This document shows positions 9,407-18,592 of a DNA stretch of 64,000 bases, piece after piece (position 1 is the first letter of the stretch; each line of letters opens with the position of its first letter). A model generated the notes under the pieces. That model was not told the DNA's origin. It saw only the letters and a list, made by a program, of their open reading frames with translations, and did not search any database. This stretch comes from Candidatus Undinarchaeota archaeon. GTDB taxonomy: Archaea; Undinarchaeota; Undinarchaeia; Undinarchaeales; UBA543. Position numbers and translations under genes: made by a program. The stretch spans positions 14,254-78,253 of the forward strand of contig CAZMMZ010000002.1 in the NCBI GenBank assembly GCA_964567575.1, in the 5' to 3' direction.

Positions 9407-11402
9407 ATAAATCTCCTTTATTTTTTAATTTTTCAATTAGTTCAAGCGCTGCCAATTGGTCAATGCCTCTCTCCTTAGAATTATTAATTATATCTTCAAC
9501 AGGAACCGCTTTACCGACTTTCTGTGTCAGGTCATCTATTATTGTCAGCATAGTATATATTTTACTACGTTGTGCAGAACTTGTGCTTGCTTCTATTCTG
9601 TCAATATCAATTCTTCCAGTTTCTGGTTCTGTTCCAAGTTCTTTAAGTGAATATTCTAAAAGTCTAGTTGCCCGTTGTGCATCTTCTATAGTTACTTCTT
9701 CTGAAAGTCTGACGCGCGCGCTTGCTTCTGCAATTCTGACAAGAGCTTCAAGTTGTCTTGGTGTAAGAGGAACAGTTGTGTCTCCAGTTTCTCCAACATA
9801 TTTTGTACGCCAGCTAACATAAAATTCTTGAATAAGATCTCTTGCTTCTGGCATTAATTTTGGTTTCACATTTATCTTTGCATATGCAACATATTTCCTC
9901 ATCATTTCTTCACTAACTTCTGGAGTTATTTTTTGAGGTTCTTGAATAGCATTGAGAACGTGAGTTGATAATTTTTCATCACGTTCTCTTGAAGGAATAT
10001 CCTGAATTGGGAATTTTAAATCAAAACGACTTAGGATAACCGGAGACAAATTTATTTGTTCTGCTAAAAGTTTGTATCTGTCAAATCGTCCGTATTTTGG
10101 ATTTGCTGCAGCAAGAACAGATGTGTTTGCTTTAAGGGTTGTTACAATTCCTGCTTTAGCAATAGAAATTGTTCCTTGTTCCATAGCTTCCAGCATAGCA
10201 CTTCTATCATCATCACTCATTTTATCAAATTCATCAACAGAAGCAATTCCATTATTTGCAAGAATTAAAGCTCCAGCCTCAAGAATCCATCCGCCAGCAA
10301 ATTCATCACGAACAACAGCTGCTGTTAAACCAACCCCAGATGCTTTCTTACCTGAAACAAAACGTCCTTTTGGTGCAAGTCTTGAAACAAACCATAACAG
10401 CTGTGACTTTGCAACACCAGGATCTCCAACAAGGAAGATGTGGATATTCCCTCTTAATTTTGTTCCATCAGAATGTTCTTTATTTACTCCACCAAAAATT
10501 TGCAAAAGTATTGCTTCTTTGATGTCGCCATATCCATAAATCGACGGGGCAATTGAACCAATTAATTTTTTGTAAATGTCTTTACTTTCCGCAAGTTTTT
10601 TTATTTCTTCAATATCCTCTTCAGATATTTCAATTTCTTCAAATTCCTTTTCAGTTGCTATTACATAATTTGCATCTAAGTATAAATCAAACCGATTTGT
10701 TTGAGTTCCCATTTTTGTATGAACTGGGGCTTTTCGTAGTATTCCAAAAACTTTAACACGATTACCTGGTGTAGTTTTTTTCCTTTCAAGCGGTGTAACT
10801 AAATCATCTGTTAAGTGAATGTAAAGTTGAGATGGCTGTTCTCCTCCCCTAATTTCTTCTGGTGGTTCCTGAACTCCGATTCTTTGAGCATTAACAAGAT
10901 CAACTCTAAGGAGTTTGAATTTTCCACGTCGTCCACAAGTTGGATTATCACAAGCATATGGTAATTGCATATTCTTTCCAAATTGTGGGGTGATTATTTC
11001 TTTATTACAATCTGGGCATTGGAAAACTGCTCTTGTTGCTTCTGGTCTTACATCAGTTGCACTTTTAACAATACCATCAACTGAAATCATTTTATCAATA
11101 TGTTCTGATCTAAGATTTCTTATTGAAACATGATGAGTTTTTGGAATATTGTCAATACGAACATTGATATCATATTCTCCTTCCACCCCAAGATCAAGTT
11201 CTCCAATAGAATCTTTTGCTGCTTTCAGAGTTTCTTCTGGATCATTCAGAACTGAATCTGTAAGCTCTGTATCAAATTTATCTAAAACCGTATAATCAAT
11301 AACAATTGATTTTTTTTCAGGGTATTCACGAGCTACGCTAAGTAAATCATTGTAATAAGTTTCTCTAAAAAACTGAACGAATTTTTCGATTAGATCTTCC
11401 AT
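9372..11402 (-). CDS. mcm: MCM replicative helicase
   Basis: 676 aa. It has an N-terminal Zn finger (CPDCNK...CDNPTCG), a Walker A (GDPGVAKSQLL), a Walker B/arginine finger (SVDEFDKM...SRFDL) and a C-terminal wH. Confidence 0.9.
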   Translation of the reverse strand: MEDLIEKFVQFFRETYYNDLLSVAREYPEKKSIVIDYTVLDKFDTELTDSVLNDPEETLKAAKDSIGELDLGVEGEYDINVRIDNIPKTHHVSIRNLRSEHIDKMISVDGIVKSATDVRPEATRAVFQCPDCNKEIITPQFGKNMQLPYACDNPTCGRRGKFKLLRVDLVNAQRIGVQEPPEEIRGGEQPSQLYIHLTDDLVTPLERKKTTPGNRVKVFGILRKAPVHTKMGTQTNRFDLYLDANYVIATEKEFEEIEISEEDIEEIKKLAESKDIYKKLIGSIAPSIYGYGDIKEAILLQIFGGVNKEHSDGTKLRGNIHIFLVGDPGVAKSQLLWFVSRLAPKGRFVSGKKASGVGLTAAVVRDEFAGGWILEAGALILANNGIASVDEFDKMSDDDRSAMLEAMEQGTISIAKAGIVTTLKANTSVLAAANPKYGRFDRYKLLAEQINLSPVILSRFDLKFPIQDIPSRERDEKLSTHVLNAIQEPQKITPEVSEEMMRKYVAYAKINVKPKLMPEARDLIQEFYVSWRTKYVGETGDTTVPLTPRQLEALVRIAEASARVRLSEEVTIEDAQRATRLLEYSLKELGTEPETGRIDIDRIEASTSSAQRSKIYTMLTIIDDLTQKVGKAVPVEDIINNSKERGIDQLAALELIEKLKNKGDLYEPKPGFLQKS

Positions 11403-11438
11403 AGTGTCGCTTCTCCCTCTTTAGCTCAAAGAGCTAAA

Positions 11439-11462
11439 AGAACTCTGGGTCCCCAGAGTTCT
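11439..11462. terminator. Perfect 11-bp inverted repeat AGAACTCTGGG-TC-CCCAGAGTTCT overlapping the TBP stop codon; candidate terminator or regulatory hairpin
   Basis: Read directly from the sequence. A second 6-bp hairpin CTCTTT-AGCTC-AAAGAG lies at 11417-11433. Both sit between the TBP stop and the MCM start. Confidence 0.4.
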
Positions 11463-12099
11463 AAATAACTTTGATCCTTCTCAGTTCTGCAATCATTTTT
11501 TGCACACCGCGGTCAAGGTCAACGCGTTTCTTTGCGCCGGTGCAAACAATTTTACCTGAACGGAACAATAGGAATACTACTTTTGGATTTTCAACTCTGA
11601 ACACAAGTCCAGGGAACTGTTCCGGTTCAAATTCAGCATTCTGCAATGCAAAAGCAATTTTGTCCAAGTTTAACTCGACTGTCAAATCTGAGCTTGCCAC
11701 CATGTTCTGAATTGTTATTGTTGGCGGACCTCTGATTTTTTGTCCTGTGCCTCGAATAAGTTTGATTGTTTTATCAATTGCAATTTTAATGAACTTTGGA
11801 GCTTTTGCTCCTGTGCAAACCATCTTACCGGAGCTGAATACAAGTATAGCAGATTTTGGATCTTCTAGTCTTAGAACAAGTCCTGGGAATTGTTCTGGCT
11901 CATATTCTGCGCCTGGTAATGAAGCAGCGAGTTTGTCAAGGTCTATTTCTGCATCTACAGAAATAGAAGCCACGACATTTTCAATACGAATTTTCGGCTT
12001 AAAACCGCGAACAAGTTTCTTTGGTTTTGGTTTAGCTGATTTTTTTGACTTGCTTGTGGTTTTTGCTTTAGTTTTAGTTGTTTTCTTTTTTAGTGCCAT
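11461..12099 (-). CDS. tbp: TATA-box binding protein with a ~35 aa lysine-rich N-terminal tail
   Basis: 212 aa. It has two TBP repeats (IENVVASISVD..., IQNMVASSDL...) with the conserved ...KMVCTGAK... segment in each. Confidence 0.9.
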   Translation of the reverse strand: MALKKKTTKTKAKTTSKSKKSAKPKPKKLVRGFKPKIRIENVVASISVDAEIDLDKLAASLPGAEYEPEQFPGLVLRLEDPKSAILVFSSGKMVCTGAKAPKFIKIAIDKTIKLIRGTGQKIRGPPTITIQNMVASSDLTVELNLDKIAFALQNAEFEPEQFPGLVFRVENPKVVFLLFRSGKIVCTGAKKRVDLDRGVQKMIAELRRIKVI

Positions 12100-12124
12100 T
12101 TTCCCACCTCGAGAATATTATTCT

Positions 12125-12179
12125 CCTTTATAAATACCCTATAAAGGAAATTATTATTCATTGAAGCCCTTTATAAAGG
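12125..12179. promoter_or_regulatory. TBP promoter region containing palindromic TATA elements
   Basis: The upstream element is CCTTTATA(n7)TATAAAGG at 12125-12147. The downstream element is a perfect 12-bp palindrome CCTTTATAAAGG at 12168-12179. Both lie 26-80 nt upstream of the TBP ATG on the minus strand. Confidence 0.45.
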
Positions 12180-12215
12180 CTCCGGACATCCTACCTTTCC
12201 ACTGGAGTTATAATG

Positions 12216-13469
12216 TTACGTTCCAGCACTGTAATCAGTAGCGTACTTCTTCTGCTCTTCACTCAAAACATCAAGTCCCAATCCCATTGTGTTAAGTTTC
12301 AAATCAGCAATTTCCTGATCCTGCTCTTTTGCAATATCATAAACTCTGTTCTCCAGGTCCTTGCCTTTTTCTGCAATGTGGATCATTGTTTTGAATTGGT
12401 TAGCAAAGCTCATATCCATAACTTCACTAGGATGGCCTTCAGCTGCTGCCAGATTAACTAATCTTCCTTTAGCAAGCACATAAATTCGTCTTCCATCCGG
12501 CATCTTGTACTCTTCATTGTTTGGACGAATCTCCCGTTTGCTTTCAGAAAGTTCTTCCAATTCCGGAATCTTGATTTCGCAGTCGTAGTGACCAGTGTTG
12601 CAAACAATTGCTCCGTCTCGCATTGTTTCAAAATGTCTTTTAACAATAATATCTTTCATACCAGTTGCAGTAATGAAAATATCTCCAATTTTTGCAGCTT
12701 CATCCATTTTCATAACTCTGAAACCTTCAAGAGTTGCTTTCAAAGCCTGTATTGGATCAACTTCAGTAACAATAACATTTGCACCAAGTCCTTTTGCGCG
12801 CATTGCACATCCTTTTCCGCAGTGACCGTAACCAGCAACTACAAAATTCTTTCCAGCAATTAGTACAGAAGTTGCTCGAATAATACCGTCAATAGAACTC
12901 TGACCAGTTCCGTAAACATTATCAAAATCCCATTTTGTTTCAGCATCATTTACAGCAATAACTGGGTAGAGCATTTTTCCGTCATCAGCCATTGCTCTCA
13001 ATCTGTGAACGCCAGTTGTGGTTTCCTCAGAACCACCGAGAATTTCTTTAGCTAGTTCTGGGTGTTTGTTATGAACTGTGAAAATAAGATCAGCACCATC
13101 ATCAAGAGTGATTGTTGGTTTTGCAGCAATGCACTGTTCAATACTCCAATAAAATCCTTCAGTGTCTTGGCCGTACCATGCGAAAACATCAACATTTTCC
13201 TCTTCAGCAAGAGCTGCAGCAACATCATCCTGAGTGCTTAGTGGATTACAACCACTCCACACAATTTTAGCGCCAGCATCACGTAAGGTTTTTACAAGAA
13301 CAGCAGTCTCTTTAGTAACGTGGAGACAGCCAGCAATTGTTTGACCGGCTAGCGGTTTGGTCTCAGAATACTTTTTTCTGAGAGCCATCATGACAGGCAT
13401 TCTTGATTCTGCCCAGTCAATTTTTAATCTTCCTTGTTCTGCAAGTTTTGGGTCTGCTACTTTTGACAT
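12216..13469 (-). CDS. ahcY: S-adenosyl-L-homocysteine hydrolase
   Basis: 417 aa with an NAD-binding GYGHCGKGCA segment and an overall AhcY layout. Confidence 0.9.
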   Translation of the reverse strand: MSKVADPKLAEQGRLKIDWAESRMPVMMALRKKYSETKPLAGQTIAGCLHVTKETAVLVKTLRDAGAKIVWSGCNPLSTQDDVAAALAEEENVDVFAWYGQDTEGFYWSIEQCIAAKPTITLDDGADLIFTVHNKHPELAKEILGGSEETTTGVHRLRAMADDGKMLYPVIAVNDAETKWDFDNVYGTGQSSIDGIIRATSVLIAGKNFVVAGYGHCGKGCAMRAKGLGANVIVTEVDPIQALKATLEGFRVMKMDEAAKIGDIFITATGMKDIIVKRHFETMRDGAIVCNTGHYDCEIKIPELEELSESKREIRPNNEEYKMPDGRRIYVLAKGRLVNLAAAEGHPSEVMDMSFANQFKTMIHIAEKGKDLENRVYDIAKEQDQEIADLKLNTMGLGLDVLSEEQKKYATDYSAGT

Positions 13470-13582
13470 TCTAAATCACTCAAAAATAGGAATTCAAAGC
13501 TGTATAAGTAGTTTATGATAAAATATATTGTTTAGTAATATATTTAAAATACTGGCTTTACTTAATTCTTAAGGGGATTACA

Positions 13583-14368
13583 ATGGATTGGGGAATGAAA
13601 AACCGACTATCAAAAATAATCAAGCCAGATACTGGCAGGACAGTCATGCTCGCAATTGATCATGGCTATTTTATGGGTCCAACAACTGGTCTTGAAAAAC
13701 CATGGGAAACTATCAAGGATCTTGCACCATATGCTGATGTTTTGATGATGACACGTGGTGTTTTACGAAACTGTGTGCCACAAGATATTGACAAGCCAAT
13801 TGTGCTTCGAGTTTCTGGTGGAACCAGCATAATCGGTAAGGAACTTCTTCACGAAGGCAAGACAGTTGATATTGAAGATGTTATTCGATTGAATTGCGCA
13901 GGCATGGCTTATTCTATAATGGTTGGCAGTGATTTTGAGCGAGATACAATTCTTGATCTTGCTAATTACGCAGACCTTGCAGAGCGATACAACATACCGC
14001 TTTTAGCAGTAACAGCTGTTGGAAAAGGACTTGAACGCGATGCACGATATCTTGGCCTTGCTAGCAGAATTGCAGCAGAACACGGAGCTCATATTGTTAA
14101 GACTTATTATTGTGAGGACTTTGAAAAAGTTGTGAATGGATGTCCAGTACCAATTGTTATTGCTGGCGGAAAGAAAATCCCAGAAAAGGATGCACTTACA
14201 ATGGCTTACAATGCAATTCAAAAAGGTGCAATTGGTGTTGATATGGGAAGAAACATTTTCCAAAGCACTAATCCTGTTGCAATGATACAAGCAGTACGGG
14301 CTGTTGTTCATGACAATGCAACACCTGATGAAGCTTACAAGATTTTTGAAGAAAAATCTCAAAACTAA
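13583..14368 (+). CDS. Class I aldolase of the DhnA/FbaB family (fructose-bisphosphate aldolase or ADH synthase)
   Basis: 261 aa. Motifs MLAIDHG, VLRVSGG and KTYY (the Schiff-base lysine region) are present. Confidence 0.7.
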   Translation: MDWGMKNRLSKIIKPDTGRTVMLAIDHGYFMGPTTGLEKPWETIKDLAPYADVLMMTRGVLRNCVPQDIDKPIVLRVSGGTSIIGKELLHEGKTVDIEDVIRLNCAGMAYSIMVGSDFERDTILDLANYADLAERYNIPLLAVTAVGKGLERDARYLGLASRIAAEHGAHIVKTYYCEDFEKVVNGCPVPIVIAGGKKIPEKDALTMAYNAIQKGAIGVDMGRNIFQSTNPVAMIQAVRAVVHDNATPDEAYKIFEEKSQN

Positions 14369-14370
14369 AA

Positions 14371-15363
14371 ATGCGTGTAGCAATATATTACAACAATTCT
14401 GATGTTCGCATAGAAGAACGTGATATTCCTGAGATTGGTCCAGGCGAAATTCTTGTAAAAGCAAAAGCATGTGGCATATGCGGTTCTGATGTAATGGAAT
14501 GGTATCGCATAAAAAAAGCTCCACTTATTCTTGGTCATGAAATGACTGGTGTTGTAGAAAAAGTTGGAGAAGGTGTTACAAATTTCAAAGAAGGCGATAG
14601 AGTTTTTGTTTCACATCATGTTCCTTGTATGGATTGCAAATATTGCAAAGATGAAAATGAAACAGTTTGTGATTCTCTTAGAACAACAAATTTTGCACCC
14701 GGTGGGTTTTCAGAATATGTTAAAGTGCCTGAAATAAATGTTAAACACGGAACATTTTTACTTCCTACTGAAATCTCTTTTGAAGAAGGAACACTTATTG
14801 AACCGCTTGCTTGTGTTCTTCGCGGGCAGAGGAAAGCCAATCTAAAAAGTGGAAATAGTGTTCTTGTAATTGGAAGTGGCGTTGCAGGAATGTTGCATGT
14901 CCAAATGGCAAAAGCAAATGGTGCGAGGAAAATAGTTGCAACAGATCGTAATGATTACAAACTTGGACTTGTTCAAAAATTCGGAGCAGATGAAGCAAAA
15001 AATGCTAGTGAAGAATTAACAGAAAAATTTGATAGAGTTATAATTTGCGCTGCAGCGCTTCCTGCAATTGAACAAGGTTTCAAATCTGTTGACAAAGGTG
15101 GAAACGTACTTCTTTTCGCTCCAACAAAACCCGAAGTTAATGTTTCATTACCTGTGTGGGATTTGTGGAAAGATTGTGTAACTGTTACAACTTCTTATGC
15201 TGGAGCTCCACGAGATATCAAAGAAGCAATTGAATTAATACGAACAAAGAAAGTGAATGCATCGGATATGATAACTCACAAGCTTCCGCTTGAAAAAGCG
15301 CAAGAAGGATTTAATCTTGCTGCTGGCTCTGGTGAGTCAGTTAAAGTTGTTTTAGAAATCTAA
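14371..15363 (+). CDS. Zinc-dependent alcohol dehydrogenase of the MDR family (threonine/sorbitol dehydrogenase-like)
   Basis: 330 aa. It has GICGSDV, GHEMTGVV, a structural-zinc Cys cluster (CMDCKYCKDENETVC) and a Rossmann GSGVAG motif. Confidence 0.8.
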   Translation: MRVAIYYNNSDVRIEERDIPEIGPGEILVKAKACGICGSDVMEWYRIKKAPLILGHEMTGVVEKVGEGVTNFKEGDRVFVSHHVPCMDCKYCKDENETVCDSLRTTNFAPGGFSEYVKVPEINVKHGTFLLPTEISFEEGTLIEPLACVLRGQRKANLKSGNSVLVIGSGVAGMLHVQMAKANGARKIVATDRNDYKLGLVQKFGADEAKNASEELTEKFDRVIICAAALPAIEQGFKSVDKGGNVLLFAPTKPEVNVSLPVWDLWKDCVTVTTSYAGAPRDIKEAIELIRTKKVNASDMITHKLPLEKAQEGFNLAAGSGESVKVVLEI

Positions 15364-15409
15364 GTTCTTAGGGAAAAAGCATTAATACCAAAGATAAGAT
15401 AATTATTGT

Positions 15410-15781
15410 ATGGGTATATACAGAAAATTCAAAACATTTTTTTCAGCTACAGATAGACACATTAAAGATGAATTGAATAAGCTTCTTAGTCGTGGTGGAA
15501 ATATTTTAAGTGCGAATTTTAAATTAATTGATACTCATGGAGATGAACAAGAATTTTCTTGTAAAGATAATTTTGGGCATAAAATGACAATTACTCTTAA
15601 TGATGGTGGCTGGGTGCAGAGTGTTAGTGGAAAATTATCAGAAGAGTTTGTAGAAACCATTATGGAAGCAATGCAACCTCCTGACAATAAAAAATCTGCG
15701 CGTAAAGCTAAAGCAGCAGCAGAAAAATTATTTGGTACTCCAGTGTCTATGAGGCACAGTGGTCGCAACGCATATGCTTAA
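15410..15781 (+). CDS. Hypothetical protein
   Basis: 123 aa with no recognisable motif. Confidence 0.3.
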   Translation: MGIYRKFKTFFSATDRHIKDELNKLLSRGGNILSANFKLIDTHGDEQEFSCKDNFGHKMTITLNDGGWVQSVSGKLSEEFVETIMEAMQPPDNKKSARKAKAAAEKLFGTPVSMRHSGRNAYA

Positions 15782-16339
15782 TTATTCTTTCACATCTTCA
15801 TTATCGTAATGTTGCAGTGAAAGCAAATCATATTTTCCTAATTTTTCTCGTCCTTTCAAAAAGTCTAGTTCAACAACAAAGCACATTCCAGCAACTACCC
15901 CGCCAATCCTCTCAATAAGATTCGCAGTTGCTTTGATTGTCCCACCAGTAGCAAGAAGATCATCAACAAGCAAAACTTTTTGCCCTTGCTTTATTGTATC
16001 TTCATGCATCTCTATTTTGTCCGTTCCATATTCTAATTCGTATTCTTCGAAAACAGTTTTGCTTGGAAGTTTGCCTGGTTTTCTCACAATTGAAAGTGGC
16101 TTGCCAAGTGCATATGCAAGTGCAGCTCCAAAAATAAAACCACGAGCCTCCACACCAACAATAACATCAATTTCTTTATCTTTGTAATGCTCTGCAAAAG
16201 TGTCAATACAATACTTGAAAGCTTCTGGGTTTTCTAGGATAGTTGTAATATCATAAAACAAAATCCCTTCTTTTGGGAAGTTTGGTATTTTTCTAATATG
16301 GTCGTCAATGTTAAATTCCATAAAATGTTTAAAGAGCAT
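15782..16339 (-). CDS. apt: Adenine phosphoribosyltransferase
   Basis: It has a PRPP-binding VLLVDDLLATGGT motif and an N-terminus FPKEGILFYDIT. The start may be the internal MEFNIDD. Confidence 0.85.
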   Translation of the reverse strand: MLFKHFMEFNIDDHIRKIPNFPKEGILFYDITTILENPEAFKYCIDTFAEHYKDKEIDVIVGVEARGFIFGAALAYALGKPLSIVRKPGKLPSKTVFEEYELEYGTDKIEMHEDTIKQGQKVLLVDDLLATGGTIKATANLIERIGGVVAGMCFVVELDFLKGREKLGKYDLLSLQHYDNEDVKE

Positions 16340-16371
16340 GAACTATTTAATCTTAACGTGAGGGATTAAAA

Positions 16372-17169
16372 ATGGCAAGTGCAGAAATTGGAATTATTGG
16401 TGGAACTGGTGTTTATGATCAGTCTCTTCTAGAAAATGTTGAGCAAGTCAACATTGAAACTCCGTATGGGAAGCCATCGGATGTAGCAACAATTGGAGAA
16501 TTTAAAGGACAAAAAATTGCATTTATTCCACGTCACGGTCCAAAGCATACAATCCCTCCTCACATGATAAATTATCGAGCTAATATTCACGCATTCAAAG
16601 AGCTTGGTGTCAAGTGGATTCTTGCGCCGCAGGCTGTTGGTTCTCTACAAGAAAACTATCGACCAGGTGAAATTGTTTTTGCAGATCAATTTATTGACAG
16701 GACTTGGGGACGTCCAACAACTTTTTATGACGGTCCTGAAGTTTGTCATATTTCTGTTGCTGAGCCATTTTGTTCTGACTTGAGAAAACTTCTTGCAGAA
16801 AAAACTAGACAACTTGGTTATGGTATGCATGATTCCGGGACATATGTTTGCATTCAAGGTCCTCGGTTTTCAACTAAAGCAGAATCCAAAGCATTCCAGC
16901 AATGGAATGGTCATATTATTGGTATGACTGCAGTTCCTGAATGCGTTCTTGCACGAGAAGCTGAGATATGTTATGCATCAATCGGAATGGTTACAGATTA
17001 TGATGTTTGGAAAGAACATGTTGTAACAATTGAAGCAATTGTCAAAGTAATGAAAGAGAATAATGATAAAGTCAAAAATTTAATTGCTGAGATTACGCCA
17101 GAGGTTCCAAAACTTCTTGGGGATCGAAAGTGTGAGTGTGCAACTGCATTAAAAACTGGTTTAATGTAA
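16372..17169 (+). CDS. mtnP: S-methyl-5'-thioadenosine phosphorylase (PNP family 2)
   Basis: 265 aa with IGIIGGTG, FIPRHG and GMTAVPE motifs. Confidence 0.85.
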   Translation: MASAEIGIIGGTGVYDQSLLENVEQVNIETPYGKPSDVATIGEFKGQKIAFIPRHGPKHTIPPHMINYRANIHAFKELGVKWILAPQAVGSLQENYRPGEIVFADQFIDRTWGRPTTFYDGPEVCHISVAEPFCSDLRKLLAEKTRQLGYGMHDSGTYVCIQGPRFSTKAESKAFQQWNGHIIGMTAVPECVLAREAEICYASIGMVTDYDVWKEHVVTIEAIVKVMKENNDKVKNLIAEITPEVPKLLGDRKCECATALKTGLM

Positions 17170-17250
17170 TTATTTTTTAAAAGTGTGGGTACAGCAGGGA
17201 GCTATTGCCCCCTACTGCAAGACGGTAACCGATAAGACGGTTAATATGAA

Positions 17251-17487
17251 TCAAACTTGTGCTGAAATCAGCAAAGTTTGTGTTTTTGTGAAATCAGGTA
17301 ATTGTCGAATTTGTTCAAGGACTTCATTGCTCAAAGCAGTTTCTGTTTCTGCATGGACTTTAGCAATAATGTCATACTTTCCAAAAACAACATGAGCCTC
17401 TTCTACGCCTGTAATTGCTTTTAGTTTTTGGATCAAACCCTGTTCACTTTCAGGATTCACCTGACCGAGCAAATATGCACTGATCAT
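17251..17487 (-). CDS. Stand-alone Lrp/AsnC C-terminal (RAM) domain protein
   Basis: The C-terminal 78 aa (MISAYLLGQVNPESEQ...HVVFGKYDIIAKV...) fit a RAM-domain pattern. The track's upstream extension to 17646 is probably spurious. Confidence 0.5.
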   Translation of the reverse strand: MISAYLLGQVNPESEQGLIQKLKAITGVEEAHVVFGKYDIIAKVHAETETALSNEVLEQIRQLPDFTKTQTLLISAQV

Positions 17488-17522
17488 TTTGGTAATAAAA
17501 CAATAGTCTTGAGAGTATATAA

Positions 17523-17900
17523 ATATACGGTTCATTTGTAGAAGACGGTCAGAAAGGAACAACAAAAGAATGGACTGACGTAAATGCTGTATTTGTTTGT
17601 GCAGAAGAACATGATAAAAAAATCGAAAGAATAGCCGAGAAAACAACTACAATTATCAAAAACCATAGCAAGAAAGCAAGATATGACAAAATAGTTATAA
17701 TTCCTTTTGTTCATTTATCACAAAATGTTGCATCTTCAAAAATTGCATATAGTATTCTAAAAGAAATTGAACGAAGACTGCAAACAGAGGGTTTGGATTT
17801 TGAAAGATTTCGATTTGGGTGGCACAGGGTCTTAAGATTAAAAATCACTGGAAAAAACCCATTTCGTTATAAAGAAATAATCGAAATTGATGAAAAATAA
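17523..17900 (+). CDS. Free-standing archaeal ThrRS N-terminal editing-domain-like protein (D-aminoacyl-tRNA-deacylase fold)
   Basis: The frame is open from the stop at 17520-17522 to the TAA at 17898-17900 and has no in-frame ATG, GTG or early TTG. The translation ...AVFVCAEEHDKK...IVIIPFVHLSQNVASSKIAYSILKEIERRLQTEGLDFERFRFGWHRVLRLKITGKNPFRYKEII aligns with the archaeal ThrRS editing domain as I recall it. A possible N-terminus (NKTIVLRVYKY) lies in the -1 frame at 17494-17535. Confidence 0.5.
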   Translation: MYGSFVEDGQKGTTKEWTDVNAVFVCAEEHDKKIERIAEKTTTIIKNHSKKARYDKIVIIPFVHLSQNVASSKIAYSILKEIERRLQTEGLDFERFRFGWHRVLRLKITGKNPFRYKEIIEIDEK

Positions 17901-17954
17901 AAAATTATTACGGTTCCGAAAAGCATTAAAACCAAAAGATCTCCACTAACTATA

Positions 17955-18590
17955 ATGAAAACAGAAATTTCGCCGTCAATATTATCAGCTGATTTTAGCA
18001 AGCTTGGTGAAGAATTGAAAGCAATAGAAGCTAATGTCGATTCTTGGCATTATGATGTAATGGATGGTCATTTTGTTCCAAATATAAGTATAGGGATTCC
18101 AGTTTTGAAATCAATACGTAAAATTACAAAGAAACCGATTGTTGCACATTTAATGATAGAACATCCTGAAGATTATATAGAAAAATTTGCAGAAGCTGGA
18201 GCAGATGTTATTGAATTTCATATTGAAACAGCACCAGAACCTGACAAATTAATTCAGCAAATTCATGACCTTGGGAAAAAAGCAGGAATTGCATTAAACC
18301 CAGATACATCCATTGATATGATCTCTTCTTATTTAGACAAGGTTGATATTGTTTTAATAATGTCGGTGCATCCTGGTTTTGGTGGACAGGAATTCATTGA
18401 TGTAACTGAAAAAGTAAAAGAATTACGAGCTAAATATAAAGGTATTATTGAAATTGATGGTGGGATAAATAATGAAACAGCAAAGATAGTAAAAGATGCT
18501 GGGGCAAACAGCTTAGTTTCAGGATCTTATATTTTCCACTCAGAAAATCCTCTGAAAACAGTAGAGGAGCTACGAAAGCTCCTCAAATAA
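17955..18590 (+). CDS. rpe: Ribulose-phosphate 3-epimerase
   Basis: 211 aa with ISPSILSADF, HYDVMDGHFVPN and MSVHPGFGGQ motifs. Confidence 0.9.
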   Translation: MKTEISPSILSADFSKLGEELKAIEANVDSWHYDVMDGHFVPNISIGIPVLKSIRKITKKPIVAHLMIEHPEDYIEKFAEAGADVIEFHIETAPEPDKLIQQIHDLGKKAGIALNPDTSIDMISSYLDKVDIVLIMSVHPGFGGQEFIDVTEKVKELRAKYKGIIEIDGGINNETAKIVKDAGANSLVSGSYIFHSENPLKTVEELRKLLK

Positions 18591-18592
18591 AA

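Noticed and set aside
17170-17250. GC-richer intergenic segment with two imperfect hairpins as a candidate small RNA
   Set aside because: It is short and lies between convergent genes. A bidirectional terminator structure is more parsimonious, and there is no promoter element.
17488-17646. Long form of the RAM-domain ORF (131 aa)
   Set aside because: Only the C-terminal 78 aa match the RAM pattern. The upstream part is low-complexity and would overlap the ThrRS-ED-like gene's promoter region.
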